IMG/VR virus record: IMGVR_UViG_3300028706_000553
Origin: a virus
Reading direction: 5' to 3' (one strand)
DNA: 64,000 bases
Part shown: positions 16,607 through 25,993 of the stretch, in pieces
Layout: each line of letters starts with the position of its first letter
Position numbering within the stretch: position 1 is the stretch's first letter
Made by a program: the position numbers and the translations under genes
Notes under the pieces: model-generated
What the model was told of the DNA's origin: nothing
Seen by the model: the letters and a program-made list of their open reading frames with translations, nothing else
Database searches by the model: none

Positions 16607-17497
16607 ATGGCAATTTCAGACACAGAAAAAAATTTACAATATCCATCTGACTTAATGAAGACAACCGAACAACATTGGGTGGAGTTTACGGCCTATCCTG
16701 CGCTCTTTGGAGGAAAATATTCTCCAACATCAGATTTTTCAATAGCTCTTCCAATGAGTGCCCAAGCAATGATTAGTACTTCTGAAGCTATATACGCTGA
16801 ACAAGAGGGATTAGGAACCGTATTATCTGAAACGGCCGGTAAGGTTGCAGGTGGTTTAAAGCCATGGTTTACATCGGGCAAAGGCATAGAAAAAAATGTT
16901 GCAACTACTTTAGCTGGAATTACAAAGGATATGAATCAAAGTACTGGTGAAAGTGTAGCAGAACATGGCGTCGCACAAATGATAAGGAAAAATGATTTTT
17001 TAAAAAGAGCTGCCGGTGGTTTAAATGTTGCTATTAATCCTAAAATGTCTTTATTATATCAAGGACCTGGAAAGTTTAGAAAATTTACTTTTGAATTTCC
17101 CATGATAGCAAAATCAGCAGGTGAATCGGACATGATACAAGGTATTATAAAGAGATTTAGAATGGCAACATTACCAGGTTACACAGATTCTCATGTAACT
17201 AACGCCCAGACTTCTACGGGATCCGAAGCAAAAAGAGGAGCCGGATCAAACTTTTTTACATTTCCAAGTAAATTCAAAATTCATTTTGGTCACGGTGGAG
17301 GAACAGGAAGTTCGCTACAAGGGAAGGAAACACCCTTTAAAATAGCAGATAGTGTATGTAATGCTTGTGTGGTTAATTATGCCGCTGCCGGTATTCCATT
17401 CTTTTTTGAGAATAATCACCCGTTTGAAGTTAAGATGACCCTTACATTTACAGAAACAATAATTATGACCAAAGAGTTGGTCAATAATGGATTTTAA
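16607..17497 (+). CDS. gp48: baseplate tail-tube cap gp48
   Basis: INPKMSLLYQGP..RKFTFEF, IIKRFR, FTFPSKF, VVNY, LTFTET. Confidence 0.85.
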   Translation: MAISDTEKNLQYPSDLMKTTEQHWVEFTAYPALFGGKYSPTSDFSIALPMSAQAMISTSEAIYAEQEGLGTVLSETAGKVAGGLKPWFTSGKGIEKNVATTLAGITKDMNQSTGESVAEHGVAQMIRKNDFLKRAAGGLNVAINPKMSLLYQGPGKFRKFTFEFPMIAKSAGESDMIQGIIKRFRMATLPGYTDSHVTNAQTSTGSEAKRGAGSNFFTFPSKFKIHFGHGGGTGSSLQGKETPFKIADSVCNACVVNYAAAGIPFFFENNHPFEVKMTLTFTETIIMTKELVNNGF

Positions 17498-18057
17498 TGT
17501 CTTATTTTAGTTATTTACCAAAAGTAGAATATAATATAACAAAAAGTAAATATTTTGAGACCTCAACTGCTGTTGATATATTTGTTAGAAATTTAATAAA
17601 ACAGAACGTTATAGATAAAGGCGTAACGTTTGATCTACATACTATTGGAGACGGTGAAAGACCGGATATAACATCATTCTTGATTTATGGAGATGTTAAA
17701 TATGATTGGATTATATTTTTAGCAAATAGGATGTTTAATCCTTATTTTGATTGGCCTTTGAGCAGTCAAGATTTTAGAAAATTACTTCAAAGTAAATATG
17801 GTACAGCTGAACGCGCAAGAAAAGTTATTCATGAATATCATCAAATTATACAGCCAGCAACAGATTCTGTAAGAGAAATAAAAGTTGTAGTTGATAATGA
17901 AACATGGTCATCTTTAAATGATTCGGAAAGAAGTCGAATAACAAAATATGATTATGAATTTAAAATAAATGAAAGAAATAGACAAATTAAAATAATTGAT
18001 AAACAATATATTGAAAGTATTTTTAAAGAAGCTCAATCAAAACGATATGGAACGTAA
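17497..18057 (+). CDS. gp53: baseplate wedge protein gp53
   Basis: MSYFSYLPKVEY, IGDGERPD...YGDVKYDWII..N, WPLS, YEFKINERNRQIKI. Confidence 0.92.
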   Translation: MSYFSYLPKVEYNITKSKYFETSTAVDIFVRNLIKQNVIDKGVTFDLHTIGDGERPDITSFLIYGDVKYDWIIFLANRMFNPYFDWPLSSQDFRKLLQSKYGTAERARKVIHEYHQIIQPATDSVREIKVVVDNETWSSLNDSERSRITKYDYEFKINERNRQIKIIDKQYIESIFKEAQSKRYGT

Positions 18058-18060
18058 AGT

Positions 18061-19851
18061 ATGGCGGGAAGAACAGATGCAGAAGAAACAGGGGAAGGGT
18101 ATGAATGGCATCAAACAGATAGAACTCCTACAACATCACCGGTAGAAGATAATTCCACTCAGGCAACTGCTCGGATTCCTGGTGACTATAAGGTTGAAAA
18201 GTTAGTTCTTTTGTCACCTAATATAGATGCAGAAATTGATTTAACACCGACTTTTGATACTATATCTATATTTGAAGATATAAGCACACCTTATTTATTA
18301 ATGGATTTGTCTATAGTGGAATCATACGGACTAAGAGAATTGATTCCTCTTATTGGTGAGGAATTTATTGAACTTGTGGCAGGCACTGCTGGTGTAACAG
18401 CAAAATCCGGTTCACCATCACAAAATAAATTTGATGGTATTATTAGTAAAGTCTTTAGAGTGACAAGCTTGTCACCGATAATATCAACATCTGAAAGAGT
18501 TAAAAATTATGTTATACATTGTGTTTCTGTAGAGGCAATTATTAATGAAAAAACTAGAATAAGTAGGGGATATAGAAAAAAGTCAATTGATCATGTTATT
18601 AAGGACATTTATAAAAAAAATATTGTTAAGCCTTTGGAGAATGAATATAGTAGTTATGTTGGAAAAGATAAAGTTAAACCATTAGTTATTGAACCAACCG
18701 AAGGTACTCATGATATTACGTTTCCTTTTAAAAAACCATTTGATATTTTTAATGATTTATCGGAAAAGGCTTTAACTCTTAATGAACCTGAAGAAGAAAA
18801 TGTTGCGCAAGCACGTGGTGATGTTCCACCGGCACGACAAGCAGGTGGTGCATTGTATATGTTTTATGAAACATTATCTAATTTTAGATTTGAAAGTTTA
18901 GAATCAGTTTTTAAACGGACCCCTAAGCGACATATATATGCAAAACCTAGTCCCTCAATCAGCGCAGATGATATCATAAATGGTTTTAATGTTTGCCTAG
19001 ATTATCAAATTGATGGGCTCTTTGATATTATTGATAACTTACGTGCCGGAATGTATGCTTCAAAATTAATAACTCATGATATGACACGGATGCGATATGA
19101 TATTACAGGTTATAGTTATGTTCTTAGAAATGATACACCTATTTCAATACCTGAACCTTCAACGGGCATAGAAACTGAAACACAATCCGGAAGCACAGAA
19201 CCAGAAGCATCTAAAAAGAAATTAGCAGATTTAACTTTGTCATTAGCTAGAACTGGTGCTGGCGGTAAATTATGTACAGATAAAAATGACCTTTTACATG
19301 ATAGTGATGATGGTGAACGTTGTAAAATAAAATTTATGGCTACGGATTTAAATCACGCTTATTTTTTTGAGGCGAATAGAAAAGATGCCGGAGGCCCTAA
19401 AGAAAAAGGAATAAAAGAAAGCAATCTTGAAAGAAGAGTACAATTAAGAGATTCACAATTACAACAATTAGATAACATTAAACTTACACTTAGAATGTAT
19501 GGTGATTCATCTTTAAGAGTTGGAGAAATTATAAACTTTTATGCTCCTTCTCAAACTTTGCAAGAAGGATCAGAACAAACAGCCGATGTATTTTTAAGTG
19601 GTAAATATATTATAACAAGAATTAAACATATTATTAATGCTGAACAATATCTGATGAATATTCAATGTAGAAAAGATGCTTGGTATTCTGATTTACCAGC
19701 GTTTGATCAAGCACTAAATGCATCTCGTTTACTTGGTAATACTTCTAAAGACGAAGCGAAGGCTAGGGCCTTAAACGTTAAAATCTCATCCGGTACAACT
19801 GATGCGAGCAATGCTCCAGATACAATTACGCCAAATGATGAAACCATATGA
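18061..19851 (+). CDS. baseplate hub protein (gp27/VgrG-hub-like)
   Basis: ISIFEDI, YMFYET, GMYASKLITHD, GDSSLRVGEIINF, LSGKYIITRIKHII; lies between gp53 and gp5. Confidence 0.7.
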   Translation: MAGRTDAEETGEGYEWHQTDRTPTTSPVEDNSTQATARIPGDYKVEKLVLLSPNIDAEIDLTPTFDTISIFEDISTPYLLMDLSIVESYGLRELIPLIGEEFIELVAGTAGVTAKSGSPSQNKFDGIISKVFRVTSLSPIISTSERVKNYVIHCVSVEAIINEKTRISRGYRKKSIDHVIKDIYKKNIVKPLENEYSSYVGKDKVKPLVIEPTEGTHDITFPFKKPFDIFNDLSEKALTLNEPEEENVAQARGDVPPARQAGGALYMFYETLSNFRFESLESVFKRTPKRHIYAKPSPSISADDIINGFNVCLDYQIDGLFDIIDNLRAGMYASKLITHDMTRMRYDITGYSYVLRNDTPISIPEPSTGIETETQSGSTEPEASKKKLADLTLSLARTGAGGKLCTDKNDLLHDSDDGERCKIKFMATDLNHAYFFEANRKDAGGPKEKGIKESNLERRVQLRDSQLQQLDNIKLTLRMYGDSSLRVGEIINFYAPSQTLQEGSEQTADVFLSGKYIITRIKHIINAEQYLMNIQCRKDAWYSDLPAFDQALNASRLLGNTSKDEAKARALNVKISSGTTDASNAPDTITPNDETI

Positions 19852-19876
19852 CACATAGTATAAGGATTGAAAGATA

Positions 19877-21907
19877 ATGGAAACTGACTTTATGGGCAAA
19901 GCTGGCTTTATTTGGGCCATCGGTGTTGTTGAGGATAGAAATGATCCTCTGTATCTAGGAAGATGTAAAGTAAGATACTTAGGTTGGCATACTAGAGATA
20001 AACAAGAATTACCAACAGTAGTATTACCTTGGTCATTTCCTTTAATGCCAATAACATCCGCTTCACAAACACAAGTTGGTACAAGTCCCACTGGCCCTGT
20101 TCCAGGAACTTGGGTTTTATCTTTTTTTAAAGACGGTCTAGATGCCACTGATCCAATTATGTTAGGAACATTGCCCGGTCGGCCTGATAAAGCATGTGAT
20201 CCACGTGATGGTTTTAATGATCCCCGAACTTGGCAGCCCAAACCATTTCAAGTAGATGACAACGGTGCGGTTATTGAAGGATCAGTTGAATTTAAAGATG
20301 TGCCCCAATTTCCATTAAAATTGAATCGGGTTAGGGATAAGGGCGTTGAAATTACAGAACGTACTGATGATCCTAATAAACATAAAGATAAAGATATTTG
20401 GGATTTTTCTTATAACTTTCCTAATATAAGATTTTTAAATGAACCTACTACTCCTAGATTAGCTAGGGGTTTGCAGGATACATCAGCTAAAATTCTTAAT
20501 AGAGTAAGACCAGGTCCTGGGCCTGCATCTGTAATGGTTGAAGGTAATGCAGAGTCTCCTTTACAAAATAGAAGAGATGTAAAGATGGGCAAATTTGGTA
20601 TTAGAGCTAGTGATTTTGCTGATAGGCCAACCTTCATGGAACCAGAGTCTGCATATGCCGCACAGTATCCTTATAATCATGTTCATCAGACTGAAAGTGG
20701 ACATGTTATAGAAATGGATGATACTCCAACTGCGGAAAGATTGTCTTGGACACATAGATCAGGTGCCTACCGAGAAATGGGACCAGCAGGTGATGTTGTA
20801 GATAAAGCAACCAGAGATGCGTGGTCCTGTGTTTTGAGAAACTCATATGAACAAATAAGTGGTAATAAATTTTCTTCGATAGATTATGGATATGAATTAG
20901 CTGTGGCCGCTACAGGAGGAAAAGAAGATTATTGGCTTAGAGTATGTGGTACTGGCGATGTTCATTTAGAAGCCGAAGAAGGTAACATTGAAATGTATAC
21001 TAAAAACGGCGTAACTTTTATAAATGCGAAGCGAATTGAATTTAATGCTAAAGAATATATTAGAATGTCTGCTCCGCGGATTCAACAAACAAAATTTCCA
21101 CGGAACAATCCGAGTTTAAATCCATCAGAAGCAGGAGATAAATCAGGACAGGAAGTCGAGGTAGCAGGAAATCAATCAGAAAATGTTGGCGGTGCGAAAA
21201 CAGTAAATGCTGGTCAAATTGGAATGAACACAATGGGACCTTTTACTACATCATGTCAAAGTGAATCAAAGAATATTTCTCATAGTTCAGAAACAACAGT
21301 TATGGGATTAAATATTCTTTTGGGTCAAGGTGCAGCCGGCTGGAGTACTGCAGTTCAAAATGGAATTATTAATTTAAGAAGTGCAGACGCCAAAGCTGGA
21401 ACAGGTGGAATTTTACTTCATTTAAATGAATTACCAGTTTCCAGTCCGTCATCGGCAAAGTCATCAGCGGTTGGTTATTTGTCTATTATGCCTACTGATC
21501 CAATCTCGTCGGAAATTGAATTAGCTTCGACATTTGGTAAAGTTTCTATGAAAAATAAATTCGGTGAAATAGCATTAGAAGAAGCCCCAATGGGAACCGG
21601 AGGAAATCTAAAACTAGAGACAAATGGTGTAGGCGCTGAGATGATGATGAAATCACCGATGGGAGGAATCAGTTTTGATGCAACGGGTAAGGTTAATATC
21701 TGGAATGAGGTAACTTCTTTAACGAACATAGTAAAAGTTCTCTTTAGACATCTTTTGGAACACACACACGGACATAATGATACTATTATGGGTACACCAA
21801 ACCCAATGGCCGTAACATTACCAAACGCGTTGCAACCATGGTATACAGACTTACTTACAGAACAGGCTAAACTAGATGGCTTTTTTGCGCAAAACAAGGG
21901 TTTTTAA
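19877..21907 (+). CDS. gp5: baseplate central spike gp5 (OB-fold, no lysozyme domain, C-terminal HxH)
   Basis: WAIGVVEDRNDPLYLGRCKVR..G.H, PVPGTWV..FF.DG, YPYNHVHQTESGHVIEMDDTP. Confidence 0.9.
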   Translation: METDFMGKAGFIWAIGVVEDRNDPLYLGRCKVRYLGWHTRDKQELPTVVLPWSFPLMPITSASQTQVGTSPTGPVPGTWVLSFFKDGLDATDPIMLGTLPGRPDKACDPRDGFNDPRTWQPKPFQVDDNGAVIEGSVEFKDVPQFPLKLNRVRDKGVEITERTDDPNKHKDKDIWDFSYNFPNIRFLNEPTTPRLARGLQDTSAKILNRVRPGPGPASVMVEGNAESPLQNRRDVKMGKFGIRASDFADRPTFMEPESAYAAQYPYNHVHQTESGHVIEMDDTPTAERLSWTHRSGAYREMGPAGDVVDKATRDAWSCVLRNSYEQISGNKFSSIDYGYELAVAATGGKEDYWLRVCGTGDVHLEAEEGNIEMYTKNGVTFINAKRIEFNAKEYIRMSAPRIQQTKFPRNNPSLNPSEAGDKSGQEVEVAGNQSENVGGAKTVNAGQIGMNTMGPFTTSCQSESKNISHSSETTVMGLNILLGQGAAGWSTAVQNGIINLRSADAKAGTGGILLHLNELPVSSPSSAKSSAVGYLSIMPTDPISSEIELASTFGKVSMKNKFGEIALEEAPMGTGGNLKLETNGVGAEMMMKSPMGGISFDATGKVNIWNEVTSLTNIVKVLFRHLLEHTHGHNDTIMGTPNPMAVTLPNALQPWYTDLLTEQAKLDGFFAQNKGF

Positions 21908-21921
21908 ATAAAATAACTAAT

Positions 21922-22098
21922 ATGACAAATCAAACACAGTGGGAAAAAACAACACAATTAGTTCCTCATCCAAAGGTGTTAGAACTAATGAGCAAGTTAA
22001 AACAATTAAATGATCTCGAGACTAAATTGATGACAGAATTTAAAAATGCACTAGAAAAGCAAGCGCAAGAAGGGGATAATGGCGGAACAAGAAGCTGA
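21922..22098 (+). CDS. small hypothetical protein (58 aa, not in ORF track)
   Basis: MTNQTQWEKTTQLVPHPKVLELMSKLKQLNDLETKLMTEFKNALEKQAQEGDNGGTRS fills the gp5-to-next-gene gap and overlaps the next start. Confidence 0.5.
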   Translation: MTNQTQWEKTTQLVPHPKVLELMSKLKQLNDLETKLMTEFKNALEKQAQEGDNGGTRS

Positions 22099-25000
22099 TC
22101 TAGATCAGCTTCTTTCCCGGAAAATGGTGGAACAAGAAGCTGATGAGTGGTCCTCTAGAAATTTAGGAGATATAGGTTATCTAAAGCACTTTTTTGAAGT
22201 AGCAGCAAAAGGTCTGGAACTTCATAAGGAGAACGCGGCATTTATTAAGGAGGCTTATGAATTTAATAGGGCACTTGTATTTGCTAAGGTAGATCCATTA
22301 TTTGCAGCATTAGATAAAATTTTTCAAGAAATTTTAAAACTATTAGATGATCTCAGAGGTTTAGGTTTTTATTATCTACCTGTTCATTCAAAATCAATTG
22401 GTACATCTAATGAAGTACAAAGAAATCCTGTTACAGGTGGACTATTGATTGGGGGTACATATTATGCAAAAGCAACCGCCAGTGGCATACCCGGAGAATA
22501 CAAAAAAGCTAATGTTTTTCTAGGTGACACTCCAGCTACGGATAAAGAAACAGGTGAACAAATATACGTAAAAGATACAGCATGGGAAGATCCATTTGAT
22601 GCCGACGGCAACAGCACAGGAACAGAATTAACCTTAGAGAATGCTTTTGTATATGCTAATGAGAAGTTAGGTTTAACGCAATTATCTCCAACTGGTATTT
22701 TACAAACAATTGATAGATCTTTTGACGATAAAAATGATGTCCCTAAAGGTAATACGGCTTTTACAACCGATACATCACAATTATTGTCAGAAGATTATTA
22801 TCTATCAGGCCGGCCAATATTTTCAAATTCTGCAACGGTAGGTGGAATTATTATTATAATGGGAGCACCCTCTTTTGATAAATTTGGAGATATTTTAAAA
22901 ACATTTAATAAATTTATTAATTTAGAAAGTTTTAATCAGTTAGTAGCTGATGTTAAGAAAATACTCAATCCGCCTGTCGTACATAGAATAAAGTTATCTT
23001 GGGTAAGCACCAAAACTATTGATGTGGATAGTGAGTCACCGGATTTTAATACACCGCCTTCACTTTCTGATGCTCCCGGCAAGAAAACTTATATAGAAAA
23101 AGATGATACCGTAGGTTCATTTTACAAGCACGATAAGAACGAAGATGGAACATACAAAAGCAATAGAGTTTTGAAGGCTACGGTAGGCAAATCAATAGCC
23201 CGAGTCACTAAAGTTATAACGACTGAAAACATGGTAATTGAAGATAGAGAAACGCTAGGCCATAAAGCAGATACTCATAATACCAATTTAACAGAAACAA
23301 TGATTAAAAGGAATCATCAAGAAATAAAAATAGATAGAAATTTGGTTCCTTATCAAAATCAAGAATTGGAAATTGCATATATGTCACCCGGCATGGAATT
23401 TAAAAAAGGTGATATTATTGTAGAAGCGATACCCATGACGGACTCTGGAGGTACTCAAACCGCAACCGGAGATAAAATTGATCTTAATAAACAAAATGCG
23501 GGTGATCCAGGTAAAGACAATGATAAGGAATATGTTCAAGTCACTGAGGGTGAACTTATAGTCGGAAAAGTAGTGGATGAATTCTATGCAGATGCTTTAC
23601 CTGAAAAACCAGATTGGAGAGGTAAAAGATTAGAAGAATTAATTCCACCTTTAGGTTCAGTTTTAGATACTACTGAAGCACATGTAAGAAGTATATTCGC
23701 AACTATTAAAAACTATCAGGCCAGTCTAGATCCGATTATAAAATACTTAGATGGGAAAATGGATGAACTTACGGCATTCAGTAATGAAATTGAAGAATTA
23801 TTAGAATTATTTGCTGTAGGTATTCCCGCGCTTGGTATGTACACATTATACTTGAATCCCCAATTAGGGGGCACAGCTCGTTTCAGAGAAAGAATGATGG
23901 GTGCAGGAGGACCTGATAAGCCACCTGAAAATTTAAAATTTTGTGCCGGTGTTTGTTTTTTAGGTGGTGGACCAACAGGAGGACCATTAGTTAAATCTCT
24001 TGATTTTCTTGCGTTGATGCTAGGAATGAGAAAGCCGACAGAGGAAGAGGCAGTTGCGCAATCTAGATTGGAAGAATTGGCGACTCCGCTTTTTGATGAA
24101 ACAAAAACATATATGGCCGGAGATAAAATTTATTATAAGGGCGTTAATTATATTTGTTTAGTTAATTATACAACTGGCGAAGAACCTATAATAAAAGATC
24201 TGAATGATGAAAATGTGATTAATGCAGCATATTGGGAAAGACTAGGAGAAGCTGGAGTTAAGGATGAACAAGTTACAGTTGGAGATGCAAGAACTCCTGA
24301 AGAAATAAGAAAAGCCAAAATAGATTTTTTGAAAGATACTAAAAAGGCTTTAGGTGATATTTTAGTTAAATTAAATGGGGCTTCACCTGGTGCATCAAGT
24401 TTAAGAAAGAAGATTATGGATGTTCCTCTTTATGGAGCAATGGATCCACTGCAATCACCACCAGCGTTTATTTCATCTGGTGCAAATGAATCCACTTTTA
24501 ATGATCTTCTAAACTTAAGAGATATGGATTTAGAAGAGTTAGATTTATTGGTTTATAGAATCACAGAAATGTTGGTTTCAGTGGAAATTACAATGATTCA
24601 AGAAACACCAGATGTAGACACAGAACCTGGTAGTTTTAGATCAAAAGGGAAATCGTTACTTATTTTAAAAGGTGAATTTATAGATGAAGTTGATGATTTT
24701 GAAGGGGGACAAAGAAAGGTTAAACCAAATACAACTATTACTATTCTTGATCCTCTCAATCCAGGTTCTGGTTCAACAAGAACTGTAGAACGTATGTCAA
24801 ATACAACAGTGGCCGTTCTTAATGAACCATTTGAACCAGATATAGAAACTGCACTGGCTTATGATGTAATTTTAACTGATCAAAATGAAACTGAATATAA
24901 GTATAAGTCCGAATATAGAGCAAATAATACACACTATTATCATCCAGGATATAGATTACGTGAATTTGAAGCCAAGGCAAATACTATTTCAACTTATTCA

Positions 25001-25540
25001 AAAGTTGATGTAGCGGGTAATTATATAGATATACCTGAGTATGAAGCCGGGAACCCGAAAGGTTCCGGGTTCGACAACAAACCGCGAAATGTTAATGAAT
25101 ACCCGCTTGGTACCATTATAGAAATAAATGGAACTGTACCACAATCAGAAGGATATGTTGGTGGGGGTGGAATAGAAGTATTATTAGAAGAAGAAGAACA
25201 GGTGGCAGAGACATGGAATGCGATTGGTGTTTCACAGGATGATGTCTTAATTGTAACTCTTGATACAGGAGTATTTACTAAGTATATTCAAGAAGTTCTT
25301 GATGATACACATATAGCAATTGATTCCGCCATTCAAGCAGGGGGAGATGCTCCGTATCAAACCTTGTTATATCATTCTGATTGGGATTTTGAATTATCAA
25401 TCGGCAAAAAACAAGTAAAGGCCCAAGACGATAAGATACAGAGTAGTAAGAATAAATTTCTTGATTATTTGAATGATATTAATGCTCAGGCAGATGAGAT
25501 TTATGATTACTTGGATAAATTGAATAACGAGGGTTGGTAA
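22079..25540 (+). CDS. large putative virion/baseplate protein with CBM5/12-like module
   Basis: 1153 aa within the baseplate cluster; FDETKTYMAGDKIYYKGVNYICL...YWERL (about 24086-24243) resembles chitin-binding type 3 modules. Confidence 0.55.
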   Translation: MAEQEADLDQLLSRKMVEQEADEWSSRNLGDIGYLKHFFEVAAKGLELHKENAAFIKEAYEFNRALVFAKVDPLFAALDKIFQEILKLLDDLRGLGFYYLPVHSKSIGTSNEVQRNPVTGGLLIGGTYYAKATASGIPGEYKKANVFLGDTPATDKETGEQIYVKDTAWEDPFDADGNSTGTELTLENAFVYANEKLGLTQLSPTGILQTIDRSFDDKNDVPKGNTAFTTDTSQLLSEDYYLSGRPIFSNSATVGGIIIIMGAPSFDKFGDILKTFNKFINLESFNQLVADVKKILNPPVVHRIKLSWVSTKTIDVDSESPDFNTPPSLSDAPGKKTYIEKDDTVGSFYKHDKNEDGTYKSNRVLKATVGKSIARVTKVITTENMVIEDRETLGHKADTHNTNLTETMIKRNHQEIKIDRNLVPYQNQELEIAYMSPGMEFKKGDIIVEAIPMTDSGGTQTATGDKIDLNKQNAGDPGKDNDKEYVQVTEGELIVGKVVDEFYADALPEKPDWRGKRLEELIPPLGSVLDTTEAHVRSIFATIKNYQASLDPIIKYLDGKMDELTAFSNEIEELLELFAVGIPALGMYTLYLNPQLGGTARFRERMMGAGGPDKPPENLKFCAGVCFLGGGPTGGPLVKSLDFLALMLGMRKPTEEEAVAQSRLEELATPLFDETKTYMAGDKIYYKGVNYICLVNYTTGEEPIIKDLNDENVINAAYWERLGEAGVKDEQVTVGDARTPEEIRKAKIDFLKDTKKALGDILVKLNGASPGASSLRKKIMDVPLYGAMDPLQSPPAFISSGANESTFNDLLNLRDMDLEELDLLVYRITEMLVSVEITMIQETPDVDTEPGSFRSKGKSLLILKGEFIDEVDDFEGGQRKVKPNTTITILDPLNPGSGSTRTVERMSNTTVAVLNEPFEPDIETALAYDVILTDQNETEYKYKSEYRANNTHYYHPGYRLREFEAKANTISTYSKVDVAGNYIDIPEYEAGNPKGSGFDNKPRNVNEYPLGTIIEINGTVPQSEGYVGGGGIEVLLEEEEQVAETWNAIGVSQDDVLIVTLDTGVFTKYIQEVLDDTHIAIDSAIQAGGDAPYQTLLYHSDWDFELSIGKKQVKAQDDKIQSSKNKFLDYLNDINAQADEIYDYLDKLNNEGW

Positions 25541-25548
25541 TATAAATA
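25541..25548 (+). promoter_or_regulatory. T4-type late promoter for gp25-gp6-gp7
   Basis: Exact TATAAATA. Confidence 0.8.
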
Positions 25549-25567
25549 GATTAAATAAGGAACATCT

Positions 25568-25990
25568 ATGGCACAAACACGATACACAGAAATAGAGTAT
25601 GATGAAAAAACTGGCGCAACTATCTATTCTGATGTTGATATATCTTTTAAAGCTCATCCTGTAACAGGTGATATTATTAAAACAAAGAATGCGACTGTGA
25701 TAAAACAATCTATGCGTCAGATATTACAAACAAGAGCAAATGAAAGATTGGGTCATCCTGAAATTGGCGCAGGTGTTCAAGAATTATTATTCGAACCAAT
25801 GAATCAATTAACAGAAAATAGACTCGTTAGAAAAATTGCAGACTCTTTAAGAATGTTAGAACCTCGGGCTACAATAAGGGATATAATTGTAATGGGTGAT
25901 CCAGATAAAAATGCTTATAGGATAAAAATTATTTTTACGATGTTAGGGCAACAAACCGACGAAATTTTCGAAACTTATACGTATAGGTAA
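25568..25990 (+). CDS. gp25: baseplate wedge subunit gp25
   Basis: YSDVDISFKAHPVTGDI, IKQSMRQILQT...ER, LLFEP, EPRA. Confidence 0.93.
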   Translation: MAQTRYTEIEYDEKTGATIYSDVDISFKAHPVTGDIIKTKNATVIKQSMRQILQTRANERLGHPEIGAGVQELLFEPMNQLTENRLVRKIADSLRMLEPRATIRDIIVMGDPDKNAYRIKIIFTMLGQQTDEIFETYTYR

Positions 25991-25993
25991 GTA

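Noticed and set aside
25047-25075. GC-rich inverted repeat GGAACC-cgaaa-GGTTCC and GGGTTCGA resembling a terminator or T-loop
   Set aside because: Lies inside the 1153-aa ORF in frame (AGNPKGSGFD), has no U-tract and no other tRNA arms.
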